DNA of 20,000 bases. It comes from an uncultured virus (IMG/VR IMGVR_UViG_3300033074_002123). Lineage: Duplodnaviria > Heunggongvirae > Uroviricota > Caudoviricetes. The stretch lies in IMG/VR virus record IMGVR_UViG_3300033074_002123, positions 110,393 to 130,392 of that record; one strand, 5' to 3'. Shown in pieces: positions 7,661 through 16,121 of this stretch. The notes beneath the pieces were generated by a model. It was not told the origin of the DNA and made no database searches. It saw only the letters and a list, made by a program, of their open reading frames with translations. How positions within the stretch are numbered: the stretch's first letter is position 1; each line of letters begins with the position of its first letter. The position numbers and the translations under genes were made by a program.

Positions 7661-8470
7661 TTACTTAAATATTTCTGCTACTTTATTTTTTAACTCTTCT
7701 ACTTGAACCTTATTCATTATAGGTTGTACTCCCATTGAAGTTTGAACAGTAATATTAGATATTTCAGTTAAAATATCTTCTAACAATTTTTTTACAGAAT
7801 ATTCAGAACTATTTTGAATTAAAAATTTATTAGCTGTTAATTCTGAATCTTCTTTTGAAACAGTAACAAGTTTCTTTTCAGCTGTTAAATTGACATTTTC
7901 AAGAGATTGTATTGAAGAAGCTTTTCTAGTATAAAGAGCAAAATCTCCTTGAATTTCTATAACAAATCTACCTTTATCTTGAGAATTGTGAATATCTATA
8001 TAAAGACCATTTTCAAATTCAGGAGCCTTAAGATGAATAAATAAATTACCTTTCTTTCCTTGACCTCTTATAGTTACAATATTTTCTTCAAAACTTTTAA
8101 TTATCTTAAATTCTTTCTCAACAAAATTATCATACTCATCATCTTTAGCTAAAATAGCTATAACAATAGGGTGATTACTAATAATTTCATTAATAAAAAC
8201 AACTAAGCTTCCAGCTTCATCAATACCTAAAGGAAATTCAATTTCTTGTAGAACATTTTTATCAACTCTAACATCTTGAACAAATTCACCATCAGATGTT
8301 AAAATATCAATTAAATTAGTTCTATAACAATTTTCAATATATTCTCCTCTATCAACATCATAAGGAAGTACAATATAACCATATCCAACAGAATATCTTG
8401 GATTGGGAATCCTTTGCCTAGCTAAAGGGTTTCTATTTTTTCCTCTTCTAAACTCAATAGCCATAACCAT
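7661..8470 (-). CDS. Putative baseplate central spike (gp5/gpV-like position, 269 aa)
   Basis: Directly after the hub. Beta-rich N-half with GSLVVFI...PIVIAIL (OB-fold-like), then short alternating beta strands and a C-terminal TVQTSMGVQPIMN...LK segment. Alternative start at 8464. Confidence 0.6.
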   Translation of the reverse strand: MVMAIEFRRGKNRNPLARQRIPNPRYSVGYGYIVLPYDVDRGEYIENCYRTNLIDILTSDGEFVQDVRVDKNVLQEIEFPLGIDEAGSLVVFINEIISNHPIVIAILAKDDEYDNFVEKEFKIIKSFEENIVTIRGQGKKGNLFIHLKAPEFENGLYIDIHNSQDKGRFVIEIQGDFALYTRKASSIQSLENVNLTAEKKLVTVSKEDSELTANKFLIQNSSEYSVKKLLEDILTEISNITVQTSMGVQPIMNKVQVEELKNKVAEIFK

Positions 8471-10943
8471 TTTTTAAACTAAATTGTTGTCTTTTAAAGA
8501 AATAATTAAAAACATCCATATTAACTCCAAAATTTTCCTTTATCTTTACAGGTTGCCCCACATCAGCAGTTAATCTTTTAATAATAGTTTCTTTAATATA
8601 TTCAGTATCAACAATACTAAAATAAGTAATTGGATCACCCTTTTTAGTGAAATGAGTTTCTCTAATATATTCTTCCATCATACCATTTTTAACCTCCAAA
8701 ATAGTAGTTCTATCAATACGACTAGAATTAATAGAATAATTATTAGCAACACCATCTACATAAAAAATTTCACCAGTTGGTTGAAATTTAATAAAAGTTC
8801 CTCTTTTTATTCTTCTATCTCCATTTATTGTAATTGTACCTTTTCTAACAAAAGGAGAATAACTATAAATTTCAATTAAAAATCTTAAATCCTCTGCCAT
8901 TTGTTTGATTATACTATCCCTACTTATTCCTCCTCCTGACCCAACTACGCCACTATAAGGAATATAATTAGTTGGAATTTCAAACTTTTTATTTCCCCAA
9001 ATATCAGCATAAATTGGAAAAAAGACAGCTGGTAAATAACCCATAGCAACAGAACTTGCCATTCCTATAAAATTAGCTTTTGGAGTTATTTGATACCAAG
9101 AATAAATATTTTCTTCATTGAAATAGAGATTATCATTAACAACATCCCCTTCTTCTATTTCAATTACTATTGGAGACCTACTAAAAGCAGTATTTTTAGT
9201 GGCTCCTACTTTATCAGTACTTTCTTTATTTGATAAATTTTTTCTTCCAATAAAATCTAAAATAGAATCTTTACTATAAGGAGGTATTCTGGCAACTAAA
9301 TGATATAAATCTCCATAAGTATCCCCAAAAAATTCAACAAAAGGTTCCTGACAAATTTTATAAAATTGATTGAGAAAACTACCATCTGGTTGAGAAATGC
9401 TACCATCTTGTATCCTTCTATAAGAAACATTCTTATCAATAACAAGTTTCATAATTTGCCATAACCCATTAGCCAATTGAGATTTAACAGGTAAAAATTC
9501 CTCATAAGAATCTGTTATAGAAGTAACAGTATAAGGTTTCATTGGAGTAATAGGAGCTGGTTGACCTGTAGCATTACCAGTGGTAGGAGTTGAAGTAATG
9601 ATTTTAATTTCTCCTAAACCAATTTGATTAGGCAAAGAAGGAGCTGGGGTTGCTCCTCCACTACCAGGAGTAAGAGGAGCAGGATTTAAGGGAGTAACTG
9701 TAGTTGTAGTAATAGTTATTGTACGAGGAACTTTTTCATCCAATCTATAAATATAAGATCTTCTATCTCCTTTTGTCCCAAAAACATCACAATCATTAGC
9801 ATACCCTTTAAAAAGAGAATCAGGAACAACTCCCATATTAGAAAGTTGATTAATAATAAATCTCAATAAAACAGAAATTGATTGATATCTTTTAGATATG
9901 ATTAAGTGATTATATTGACCTGAAACTAATAACCTTTGAATAATTTTATTTTGGTCAGGTATATTAGTATAAAGATTCTCAGCAAACATAGTAGGATAAA
10001 AATAACTAGCATCCTCTATTAAAAGTTTCATCAAATCTCTACCAACTATACTTATTACCAAATCATTATTCATTGGACTTGTACTAACTGCATTAGAATC
10101 TACTAATCCAATCATATCATATATTTGATTTGGTAAGTCAGAAAAACCAATATTTTTCTTTTTCTTAGACCTTCTTTCTATTTTAAGAGTTTCAAACCTA
10201 ATAAAAACTAAATCATTTGTATTAATATATTTATGAAAAAATGGATTGTATCTTAAAGAAGCATCTCTGTTAAATAATTTATTCAAAAAAGCTATTTCAT
10301 AAAATTCATAACCTAGCTCTTTCAAAACATTATCAGAAACAGGAGCTATATTAAAACTAAAAGTACCTCCCCCTTTACCAACAGCAATGTTCAAGTCAGT
10401 AATAAAAGGAGAAACATCAATAAAATCACCTTTTAATTCTTTATGAACTTGTGTAGATAAGGCCCTACACCACATCCAAACAGTAATGTTGGGATAATCA
10501 GTATTATAAACTTGATTGAAACCACTACCTGTATATTGATAAACTGGTTTATAATCTGGATGACATAATAAAGTATTTAATTGTCTACCAAAAAAAGCAA
10601 CATAACTAAAATCAGGAGTAACTTGATTTTTGCCAGAAATAGCTAAAATTTCTCTAAAAGCTTTATCTATAGGAATTAAAACAACAGTATTTTTTTTAAA
10701 ATAAATTTCTCCCCAACGATTAGAATCAGCAAAAATAGGAGTCATAACATCCCTTTCAGCTTGATTTGTATAGGAATCCCAAATTCTTTCTATATTAGCT
10801 TTCCCAGTACCCCCAGCATAAAGAAGAAAATCAGTAACAGAAATATCCTTAGCAATAGAAATAGAAGTAGGATCACAAAATTCACCTACAGTATCTATCT
10901 CTATATCTACATGAGTATATCTTATGAATTTTTTAATAGCCAT
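8454..10943 (-). CDS. Baseplate hub protein (gp27/gp44-like position, 829 aa)
   Basis: Follows the tape measure. Hub-like motifs GGTFSFNI, NDLVFIRFE, MIGLVDS...ISIVGRDLMKLL, EPFVEFFGD and KGTITINGDRRIKRG...FYVDGVANNY...TTILEVKNG. Carries a Pro/Thr-rich insertion at aa 405-479. Confidence 0.75.
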   Translation of the reverse strand: MAIKKFIRYTHVDIEIDTVGEFCDPTSISIAKDISVTDFLLYAGGTGKANIERIWDSYTNQAERDVMTPIFADSNRWGEIYFKKNTVVLIPIDKAFREILAISGKNQVTPDFSYVAFFGRQLNTLLCHPDYKPVYQYTGSGFNQVYNTDYPNITVWMWCRALSTQVHKELKGDFIDVSPFITDLNIAVGKGGGTFSFNIAPVSDNVLKELGYEFYEIAFLNKLFNRDASLRYNPFFHKYINTNDLVFIRFETLKIERRSKKKKNIGFSDLPNQIYDMIGLVDSNAVSTSPMNNDLVISIVGRDLMKLLIEDASYFYPTMFAENLYTNIPDQNKIIQRLLVSGQYNHLIISKRYQSISVLLRFIINQLSNMGVVPDSLFKGYANDCDVFGTKGDRRSYIYRLDEKVPRTITITTTTVTPLNPAPLTPGSGGATPAPSLPNQIGLGEIKIITSTPTTGNATGQPAPITPMKPYTVTSITDSYEEFLPVKSQLANGLWQIMKLVIDKNVSYRRIQDGSISQPDGSFLNQFYKICQEPFVEFFGDTYGDLYHLVARIPPYSKDSILDFIGRKNLSNKESTDKVGATKNTAFSRSPIVIEIEEGDVVNDNLYFNEENIYSWYQITPKANFIGMASSVAMGYLPAVFFPIYADIWGNKKFEIPTNYIPYSGVVGSGGGISRDSIIKQMAEDLRFLIEIYSYSPFVRKGTITINGDRRIKRGTFIKFQPTGEIFYVDGVANNYSINSSRIDRTTILEVKNGMMEEYIRETHFTKKGDPITYFSIVDTEYIKETIIKRLTADVGQPVKIKENFGVNMDVFNYFFKRQQFSLKNGYGY

Positions 10944-10955
10944 ATAAAATACTCA

Positions 10956-12773
10956 TTAAGGGGTCCAAGGGCTAGCCCCACTTTGATTACCACTACCAAA
11001 ATTTCTTGCAATCCAATCTAATACATTAGATAAACCTTGACCTATAACTTCTAAAGCTGGAATAAGGGGTTTCATTAAAGTTACTACTTGGTCTCCTTTT
11101 TCTGCAAAAAGACTAGCTAATTCTGCTGTTTCTTGAGCTAATTCACCAGTTGCATCTATAGCTCTTTGTGTCATTGTCCCTTCATCCATTCTAGATTTTT
11201 CAATATCTTGAGTCCAACTATTAACATCAAGACCTCCAGATAAATAACCTTCAGCTAACTTTCTAGCCATAACTGGTTCCAAACCAAAAGTCCCTTTAAC
11301 ATTCCAATAAAATTCTTCTCTTCCTGGACTAGCTTGAAACAAAGTCTGTAAATAAGTTTCTAAATAACTTTTTTTAGTAATTGGGTCAATAGCACTTAAA
11401 GGAGCTGATTTCATTTCTTCCATTTGCCATAAACTAGCTCCAGGAGTTAAACGAGCCAAAGAAGCATATTGTAAAGCCTCTACTTGAGGTGTAGAAGCTG
11501 TTTTTAATCCTTGAGCTACTGCCGGTACTAACTTAGCTAGAATTTCAGGATTTTGAAAAGCTTTATCTAAACCAGCTAAAGCAGAAACAACACCAACATT
11601 TACCCCTTCACTAATTTCCCCTAAAGCTTCTAATTGTTGTCTATTAGTTTCATTCAAAATCTTAAAATATTCAGGTAATAAAGCTAAATTAGATCCTTGA
11701 AAAACACCAGCTTTCCTACCACCAGCAACTGCCATCCCCATCATCCCAAACACATCCTCAGTTCCCCCTCTTTGCATCCTCATAGCTTCTAATAAATCTG
11801 CTTCTTGAAAACCAAAAGCTTGTTTACCTACCATCAAACCAGCAGCATTCCTCTCATTAACCTCACCATAAGCTCTTGCTGCAGCATTAATATCTTCAAA
11901 AATTTGGGGATAGGCATATCCCATTTGAGTAAAACTAAGTTGTCCAGGTGCTCCTGTCCGAGAAAAGTTTTTAATCCAAGGTTCAAATCTTCTAAAATTA
12001 CCCCCATACATTTGAGAAAGCCCCCCCAAACCTTGCTGATAACCTTCTGCTTCAGCCATACTTCTAGTAATGAGAGACCCAACAAAGGGTATACTAGAAG
12101 CCATCATATAAAACTCATTCGGCTGTTGTAATACATTAGAAACATGAGATGCAATGTTTCTAAATCCTTGAGCTAAAGCTGTACCTGTAAATGCTCCTAA
12201 AAAGACATCTTTAAAACTACTCCCACCTCCTGCAGTTCCTCCTCCTCCATCTCCTCTTTGTTTCATTAATTGCCTTTGATATTGAAGCTTAAATTCTTCA
12301 GTATCAGAAAGGTCTGATAACTCACCCCTTTCATAAGCATTAATTTGGGCTTGGACATTTTCTCTATCAGCAGCTATTTCTTTTCTAGCTGATTCTTTAA
12401 TAGCATCTAAAATGTCCCTTAAAAGCTTAGTTTGAAGTTTAAAATCTGTCTCTTCCTTAGCAATTCGACCCATTTTAGACTCATACTGTCTTTCTGCTGC
12501 TCCTACTTCTCCAAGGTTTGCAGCATTAGCTACCCTTTCTTCCTTATATCTTTCAGCAGCAGTTCTTTTAACACCAAACTCTATTTGTTTTCTTCTTTCA
12601 AGAGCCTTTAATTGCTCTTCCATAGATTTGGTAACATCTTTTAAAGCCCTGCCTTCTTCAGCAGCCCCTCTCAAAACAGATAAGCTTAAATCTTCAGCTT
12701 TCTGCCTTAACCTATCTAATAAGGTTTGTGCTCCTCTATCTTCCCCTCTAAAGGATATAACAGTATCAGCCAT
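10956..12773 (-). CDS. Tail tape measure protein (605 aa)
   Basis: Sits after tube and chaperones and before the hub. Charged coiled-coil N-terminus (aa ~15-170), a Gly linker, then Ala/Gly/Met-rich helical sequence. Confidence 0.8.
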   Translation of the reverse strand: MADTVISFRGEDRGAQTLLDRLRQKAEDLSLSVLRGAAEEGRALKDVTKSMEEQLKALERRKQIEFGVKRTAAERYKEERVANAANLGEVGAAERQYESKMGRIAKEETDFKLQTKLLRDILDAIKESARKEIAADRENVQAQINAYERGELSDLSDTEEFKLQYQRQLMKQRGDGGGGTAGGGSSFKDVFLGAFTGTALAQGFRNIASHVSNVLQQPNEFYMMASSIPFVGSLITRSMAEAEGYQQGLGGLSQMYGGNFRRFEPWIKNFSRTGAPGQLSFTQMGYAYPQIFEDINAAARAYGEVNERNAAGLMVGKQAFGFQEADLLEAMRMQRGGTEDVFGMMGMAVAGGRKAGVFQGSNLALLPEYFKILNETNRQQLEALGEISEGVNVGVVSALAGLDKAFQNPEILAKLVPAVAQGLKTASTPQVEALQYASLARLTPGASLWQMEEMKSAPLSAIDPITKKSYLETYLQTLFQASPGREEFYWNVKGTFGLEPVMARKLAEGYLSGGLDVNSWTQDIEKSRMDEGTMTQRAIDATGELAQETAELASLFAEKGDQVVTLMKPLIPALEVIGQGLSNVLDWIARNFGSGNQSGASPWTP

Positions 12774-12778
12774 AATTA

Positions 12779-13120
12779 TTACTTAGATTGAGGAAATTTG
12801 ATTTTATCAAATTGTGACAAATCTAAATTATCATATAAATCATCCAAAGCTTCTTGTGTTATTGTAGGCTTACTTTTCTTTAACCACTTACCAGTTTCTT
12901 TGTAATTATCTCTATCCTCTTTCTTAACAATAGAAGATTCAATATAATAATTAACAAGTTTCTCTTCATCATACTCAAACTTAATATCAATCAAACACAT
13001 TTCCCTATGTTGGGGAGAATTAAAGGGAATATTATGCTTTTTCCTCCACCAATAGTCAAAGGGATATCTGTTGTTCCAATATACAATGAAGTTTCTGAGT
13101 GTATCTTCATTCCAGTTCAT
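12779..13120 (-). CDS. Second tail assembly chaperone-position protein (113 aa)
   Basis: Between chaperone and tape measure, TAATG-coupled to the chaperone. Aromatic-rich WNNRYPFDYWWRKKHNIPFNSPQHR motif. Confidence 0.55.
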   Translation of the reverse strand: MNWNEDTLRNFIVYWNNRYPFDYWWRKKHNIPFNSPQHREMCLIDIKFEYDEEKLVNYYIESSIVKKEDRDNYKETGKWLKKSKPTITQEALDDLYDNLDLSQFDKIKFPQSK

Positions 13121-13512
13121 TACTCTTTTTCTTCCTTAGGTATAGGCAATAACTCAAGGTCTTTTTGCAAAATACTAAACCATTCAGAATACCATGGAAA
13201 AAAGACTTTTTTATAAGCTAACACCATTTCTTTCATCTCAAATGGAGTTAAATTCATAATATTGTCTATTTTCAAATGAGTTTTCAATTCAGGAATTAAA
13301 ACTGTAAAAACAGCAATAGCATCAATAAAATCTAAAGCCAAATTACCACTACCACTATTGGTGCTGACCATTTGTCTATAAATCCCATTTGAGAGAGTAA
13401 TTTTCATTGTCTCAATGTCAATTGTTTGACCTACAGTAGGAAATTTGACTTCAAAAGTTTGACCTTGAAAAGCAAGTTTACAAACTTTAGATAATTCTTT
13501 CTTTTCTTCCAT
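13120..13512 (-). CDS. Tail assembly chaperone (130 aa)
   Basis: Immediately downstream of the tube gene. FEVKFPTVGQTIDIE followed by helices ending Y...WYSEW fits myophage chaperones. Confidence 0.65.
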   Translation of the reverse strand: MEEKKELSKVCKLAFQGQTFEVKFPTVGQTIDIETMKITLSNGIYRQMVSTNSGSGNLALDFIDAIAVFTVLIPELKTHLKIDNIMNLTPFEMKEMVLAYKKVFFPWYSEWFSILQKDLELLPIPKEEKE

Positions 13513-13539
13513 TTTAATTAATTTTTAAGTTATTTTTAC

Positions 13540-13575
13540 AAAAAAAAAGAACACTTAAAGTAGAAGTGTTCTTTT
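13540..13575 (-). terminator. Intrinsic terminator after the sheath-tube genes
   Basis: Perfect inverted repeat GAACACTT-N7-AAGTGTTC (13549-13571), extendable by A/T pairs, followed on the minus strand by 9 Ts (A run 13540-13548). Confidence 0.85.
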
Positions 13576-13646
13576 CTTATCTATATTACACAATAATATT
13601 TGATATTACCCTTTTCGTCGTTTCACTTCTCTTTAAATCTAAACCA

Positions 13647-14129
13647 TTAAGTTGGGAAAATAACGGGGTAAAGATATCGAAACGATTGATTTTTTCCACT
13701 AACTTGGCCTTCATTAATATTGAAATTATCTGTATCAAGAAATAAACCATTAATTACAGCATAAACATCTTCTGCTGAAGTAATAAGACCAGTTTCAGGA
13801 TCTACTTCTCCTACAACCTTTTTATACAAAACAACTTGTACCCCTACATCATTTAATAAAACATTATCTACAAATGACTTAGTATCTTGAACATCCCTTC
13901 TAATGGCTCCAGGTATAGTAGACTTAGTATAATCAATATTATAAAAATCAGCCGTTAATGTGCCAGCCCAACTAATAGCAGGAACTTCTTGTGGTGTTAA
14001 TTCTCCAAGACCCCTAACTTCAGCTCGATTAAAGTTTTCATTAACAGTAATACCTCTCATTTTACCAATAGTTACCCCATTAGCTTTAACTATGGCTAAA
14101 GCGGCATGTAATACTTGATTTGATGGCAT
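13647..14129 (-). CDS. Tail tube protein (160 aa)
   Basis: Directly after the sheath. IGKMRGITVNE...EVRGLGELTPQEVP...GTLT...NQSFRYL is the SPO1/K-type tube pattern. Confidence 0.9.
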   Translation of the reverse strand: MPSNQVLHAALAIVKANGVTIGKMRGITVNENFNRAEVRGLGELTPQEVPAISWAGTLTADFYNIDYTKSTIPGAIRRDVQDTKSFVDNVLLNDVGVQVVLYKKVVGEVDPETGLITSAEDVYAVINGLFLDTDNFNINEGQVSGKNQSFRYLYPVIFPT

Positions 14130-14163
14130 AATATGTAAATTTTAATGATTCAACAAAAAATAA

Positions 14164-15807
14164 TTATGAATTAGGGTCAATCATAAAACCTGTAAAGAAT
14201 AATTTGTTTACAGGGAAATTAGGAACAAATTCATAAGTTACCTTATAAGCATCTTGGTCTACAGTTACTGTAATATTCCTATAAGAAAGAATTAAATCAT
14301 CCTTAGTATCTGTAGCTGTTCTACTATTAAGATAACCAGCTAACCAATTTTTAACATCTTGTTTAGAAAGGGTATTTCTATTAACTCCTTCAGATTGACC
14401 TAAAAGTTGTTTCTTTGCATTATAAACAATTTCTTTATTTAATTGATTAGCAATTCTCATAATTTGGATTTCATGAGAACTACCATCCTGATTAACTAAA
14501 TAATCATTATTTTGAAGGGAATTAATAGCTTGATTGATAATAAATTTGTTAAATTCAACATCCCATTTAGTGTGAAGAACACCATATTTAAGGGCTTGTT
14601 CTCTCTCAAATTTGGTTAAGGAATGAACTTCAGCATCTATATCAATTCCTTTAAAAGTACCAGGAACTTGAGGTTGTAAACCAGCAATTCTACCTAAAAC
14701 AGCAGCTGCTTTAAAAATAGAACCATAAGTCTTATAAGTCCCATTCTTTAAAACTTTCTTAAAACCACCATGAACAATAGTAACTGAAGTATCATTCCAA
14801 TATTGAGCATCATCAATAGATCCTAAACTGACTCCATTAGCAAATTTAGTATCATCTTCTCCCCCTCCAATAAATAAAAATTCACCATATTTAGCTTCCG
14901 TTTTTAAATGAGTAAGTATTTTAGCTAAATCAGAATCCTGAGCATCTTCTCCCCACTTATCAGCTAAAATAAAACTATAATCTAAATTAGTAATGACATC
15001 TAAAACATCATCTAAAGCATTATAAGTTTCAGTACCACCACTAGCTAAAGTATTTCCTGAATAGGTAGTTAAATCAGCATCTGTAATATCTCCTGTTCCA
15101 TCTTTAGTATAAGTCTTAATAGAAAACATTGATAAAAATTGTCCATTGGTTGACATCCAAAGATGTAATTCTTCAATAGTAGCAAATTCTTCAGAAGAAA
15201 TAAGTAAATCTGGTTCTGTATCATCTGCTTGAACAAAATCCCAAGGCAAACCATCAGTACTATCTGTACCCTTGAAAGTACCTCTATAAAAATCAAGAAT
15301 ATATGTATTAGCTGTTACACCTGCTCTCATCTTAAAAGCATAACCAAAAGTTAATACATCATCATCATTCTCATCACCATTTCCACACAAACCTTCATCA
15401 ACAACCTGAAGAACAATATGGCCACCATTAGCTCCTCCTCCTGTTGGATTAAAAGCTAATTCAGCAGGAACTGTAGTAGCAGCCTTAATAAAATAAATAT
15501 TGCTTACTCCTGGTACTGTAAAACCTTCAGGCTGAAATAGCCATTTAGCCAAAGCCCAAAAAATACCTCCTCCAAGAGCACTTCTAAACTCATCAATATT
15601 GTTATAAACTTGAATAGCATTAATACCATTCTTAAGAGTACCTTTAACACCAGGCCCAGAACCAAATCCTGCTCCTGCTCCTGTATCAATAATCAACACA
15701 TTACCATAAGATAAATTCAAAGGTGGATTATTAATACCTGATTTAATTTGAGAATAGACTCCAGGTTCAGTAACTGTTTTATTCCCAAAAACAAATTTTG
15801 TAGCCAT
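14164..15807 (-). CDS. Contractile tail sheath protein (547 aa)
   Basis: N-terminal PGVYSQI, central LASGGTE, C-terminal AAAVLGRIAGL...GTFK...GVL...EIQIMRIANQL...PNFPVNKLF; typical size and position before the tube. Confidence 0.95.
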   Translation of the reverse strand: MATKFVFGNKTVTEPGVYSQIKSGINNPPLNLSYGNVLIIDTGAGAGFGSGPGVKGTLKNGINAIQVYNNIDEFRSALGGGIFWALAKWLFQPEGFTVPGVSNIYFIKAATTVPAELAFNPTGGGANGGHIVLQVVDEGLCGNGDENDDDVLTFGYAFKMRAGVTANTYILDFYRGTFKGTDSTDGLPWDFVQADDTEPDLLISSEEFATIEELHLWMSTNGQFLSMFSIKTYTKDGTGDITDADLTTYSGNTLASGGTETYNALDDVLDVITNLDYSFILADKWGEDAQDSDLAKILTHLKTEAKYGEFLFIGGGEDDTKFANGVSLGSIDDAQYWNDTSVTIVHGGFKKVLKNGTYKTYGSIFKAAAVLGRIAGLQPQVPGTFKGIDIDAEVHSLTKFEREQALKYGVLHTKWDVEFNKFIINQAINSLQNNDYLVNQDGSSHEIQIMRIANQLNKEIVYNAKKQLLGQSEGVNRNTLSKQDVKNWLAGYLNSRTATDTKDDLILSYRNITVTVDQDAYKVTYEFVPNFPVNKLFFTGFMIDPNS

Positions 15808-15828
15808 ATGTTATATTATTATATATTC

Positions 15829-16044
15829 TTATTTAATAATTTTATCTTCAGTAAAAGCTTTCTCCCAATCAGATTGAGTTTTCTTAATATTTCCATACTT
15901 TTTGGTAACATGGAGAGATAAGCGAGAAGAAAGTTTCTTAAGAGAAATAAAAGTAAAACCAGTAATTAATTCCTCTTCCTTTGGCTGATTTTTTTTACCT
16001 TTTTTAGTGATATCTAAACCACTATCAACAGTTTCTTCAGACAT
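15829..16044 (-). CDS. Small basic hypothetical protein preceding the sheath (71 aa)
   Basis: Lys-rich ORF with an A-rich leader and an upstream promoter motif. I recall a small gene of similar size before the sheath in K/SPO1-like phages. Confidence 0.65.
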   Translation of the reverse strand: MSEETVDSGLDITKKGKKNQPKEEELITGFTFISLKKLSSRLSLHVTKKYGNIKKTQSDWEKAFTEDKIIK

Positions 16045-16059
16045 TTTTCTAATTTTTTA

Positions 16060-16090
16060 TAAATTTAATAAACTTTTCTTAAAAAACAAA
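16060..16090 (-). promoter_or_regulatory. Bacteroidota-type promoter variant (TTTG-N19-TAAATTTA) for the 71-aa/sheath/tube unit
   Basis: Minus strand reads TTTG ttttttaagaaaagtttat TAAATTTA taaaa, ending 15 nt before the ATG at 16044. Same architecture as 297-328. Confidence 0.6.
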
Positions 16091-16121
16091 ACTTACAGTT
16101 TTTTATTTAACTAAATAAGTT

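Noticed and set aside
12021..12027. C7 homopolymer (G7 on the coding strand) in the tape measure gene as a phase-variation or frameshift site
   Set aside because: It simply encodes Leu-Gly-Gly, is short, and a shift would truncate an essential protein.
13190..13216. A6 and T6 runs (TAT AAA AAA GTC TTT TTT CCA) in the chaperone gene as slippery sites
   Set aside because: The -1 frame meets several stops before reaching the downstream ORF.
11834..15689. Out-of-frame minus-strand ORFs nested in the tape measure and sheath genes (11834-12085, 15069-15296, 15504-15689)
   Set aside because: Leu/Met-rich alternative-frame products expected from codon bias. No Rz/Rz1-like lipobox or other support.
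4478..15807. Interpretation as an extracellular contractile injection system, tailocin or T6SS
   Set aside because: Head-tail adaptor and neck genes are present, and no AAA+ ATPase, DUF4157 or toxin genes are visible. The order is that of a phage virion module.
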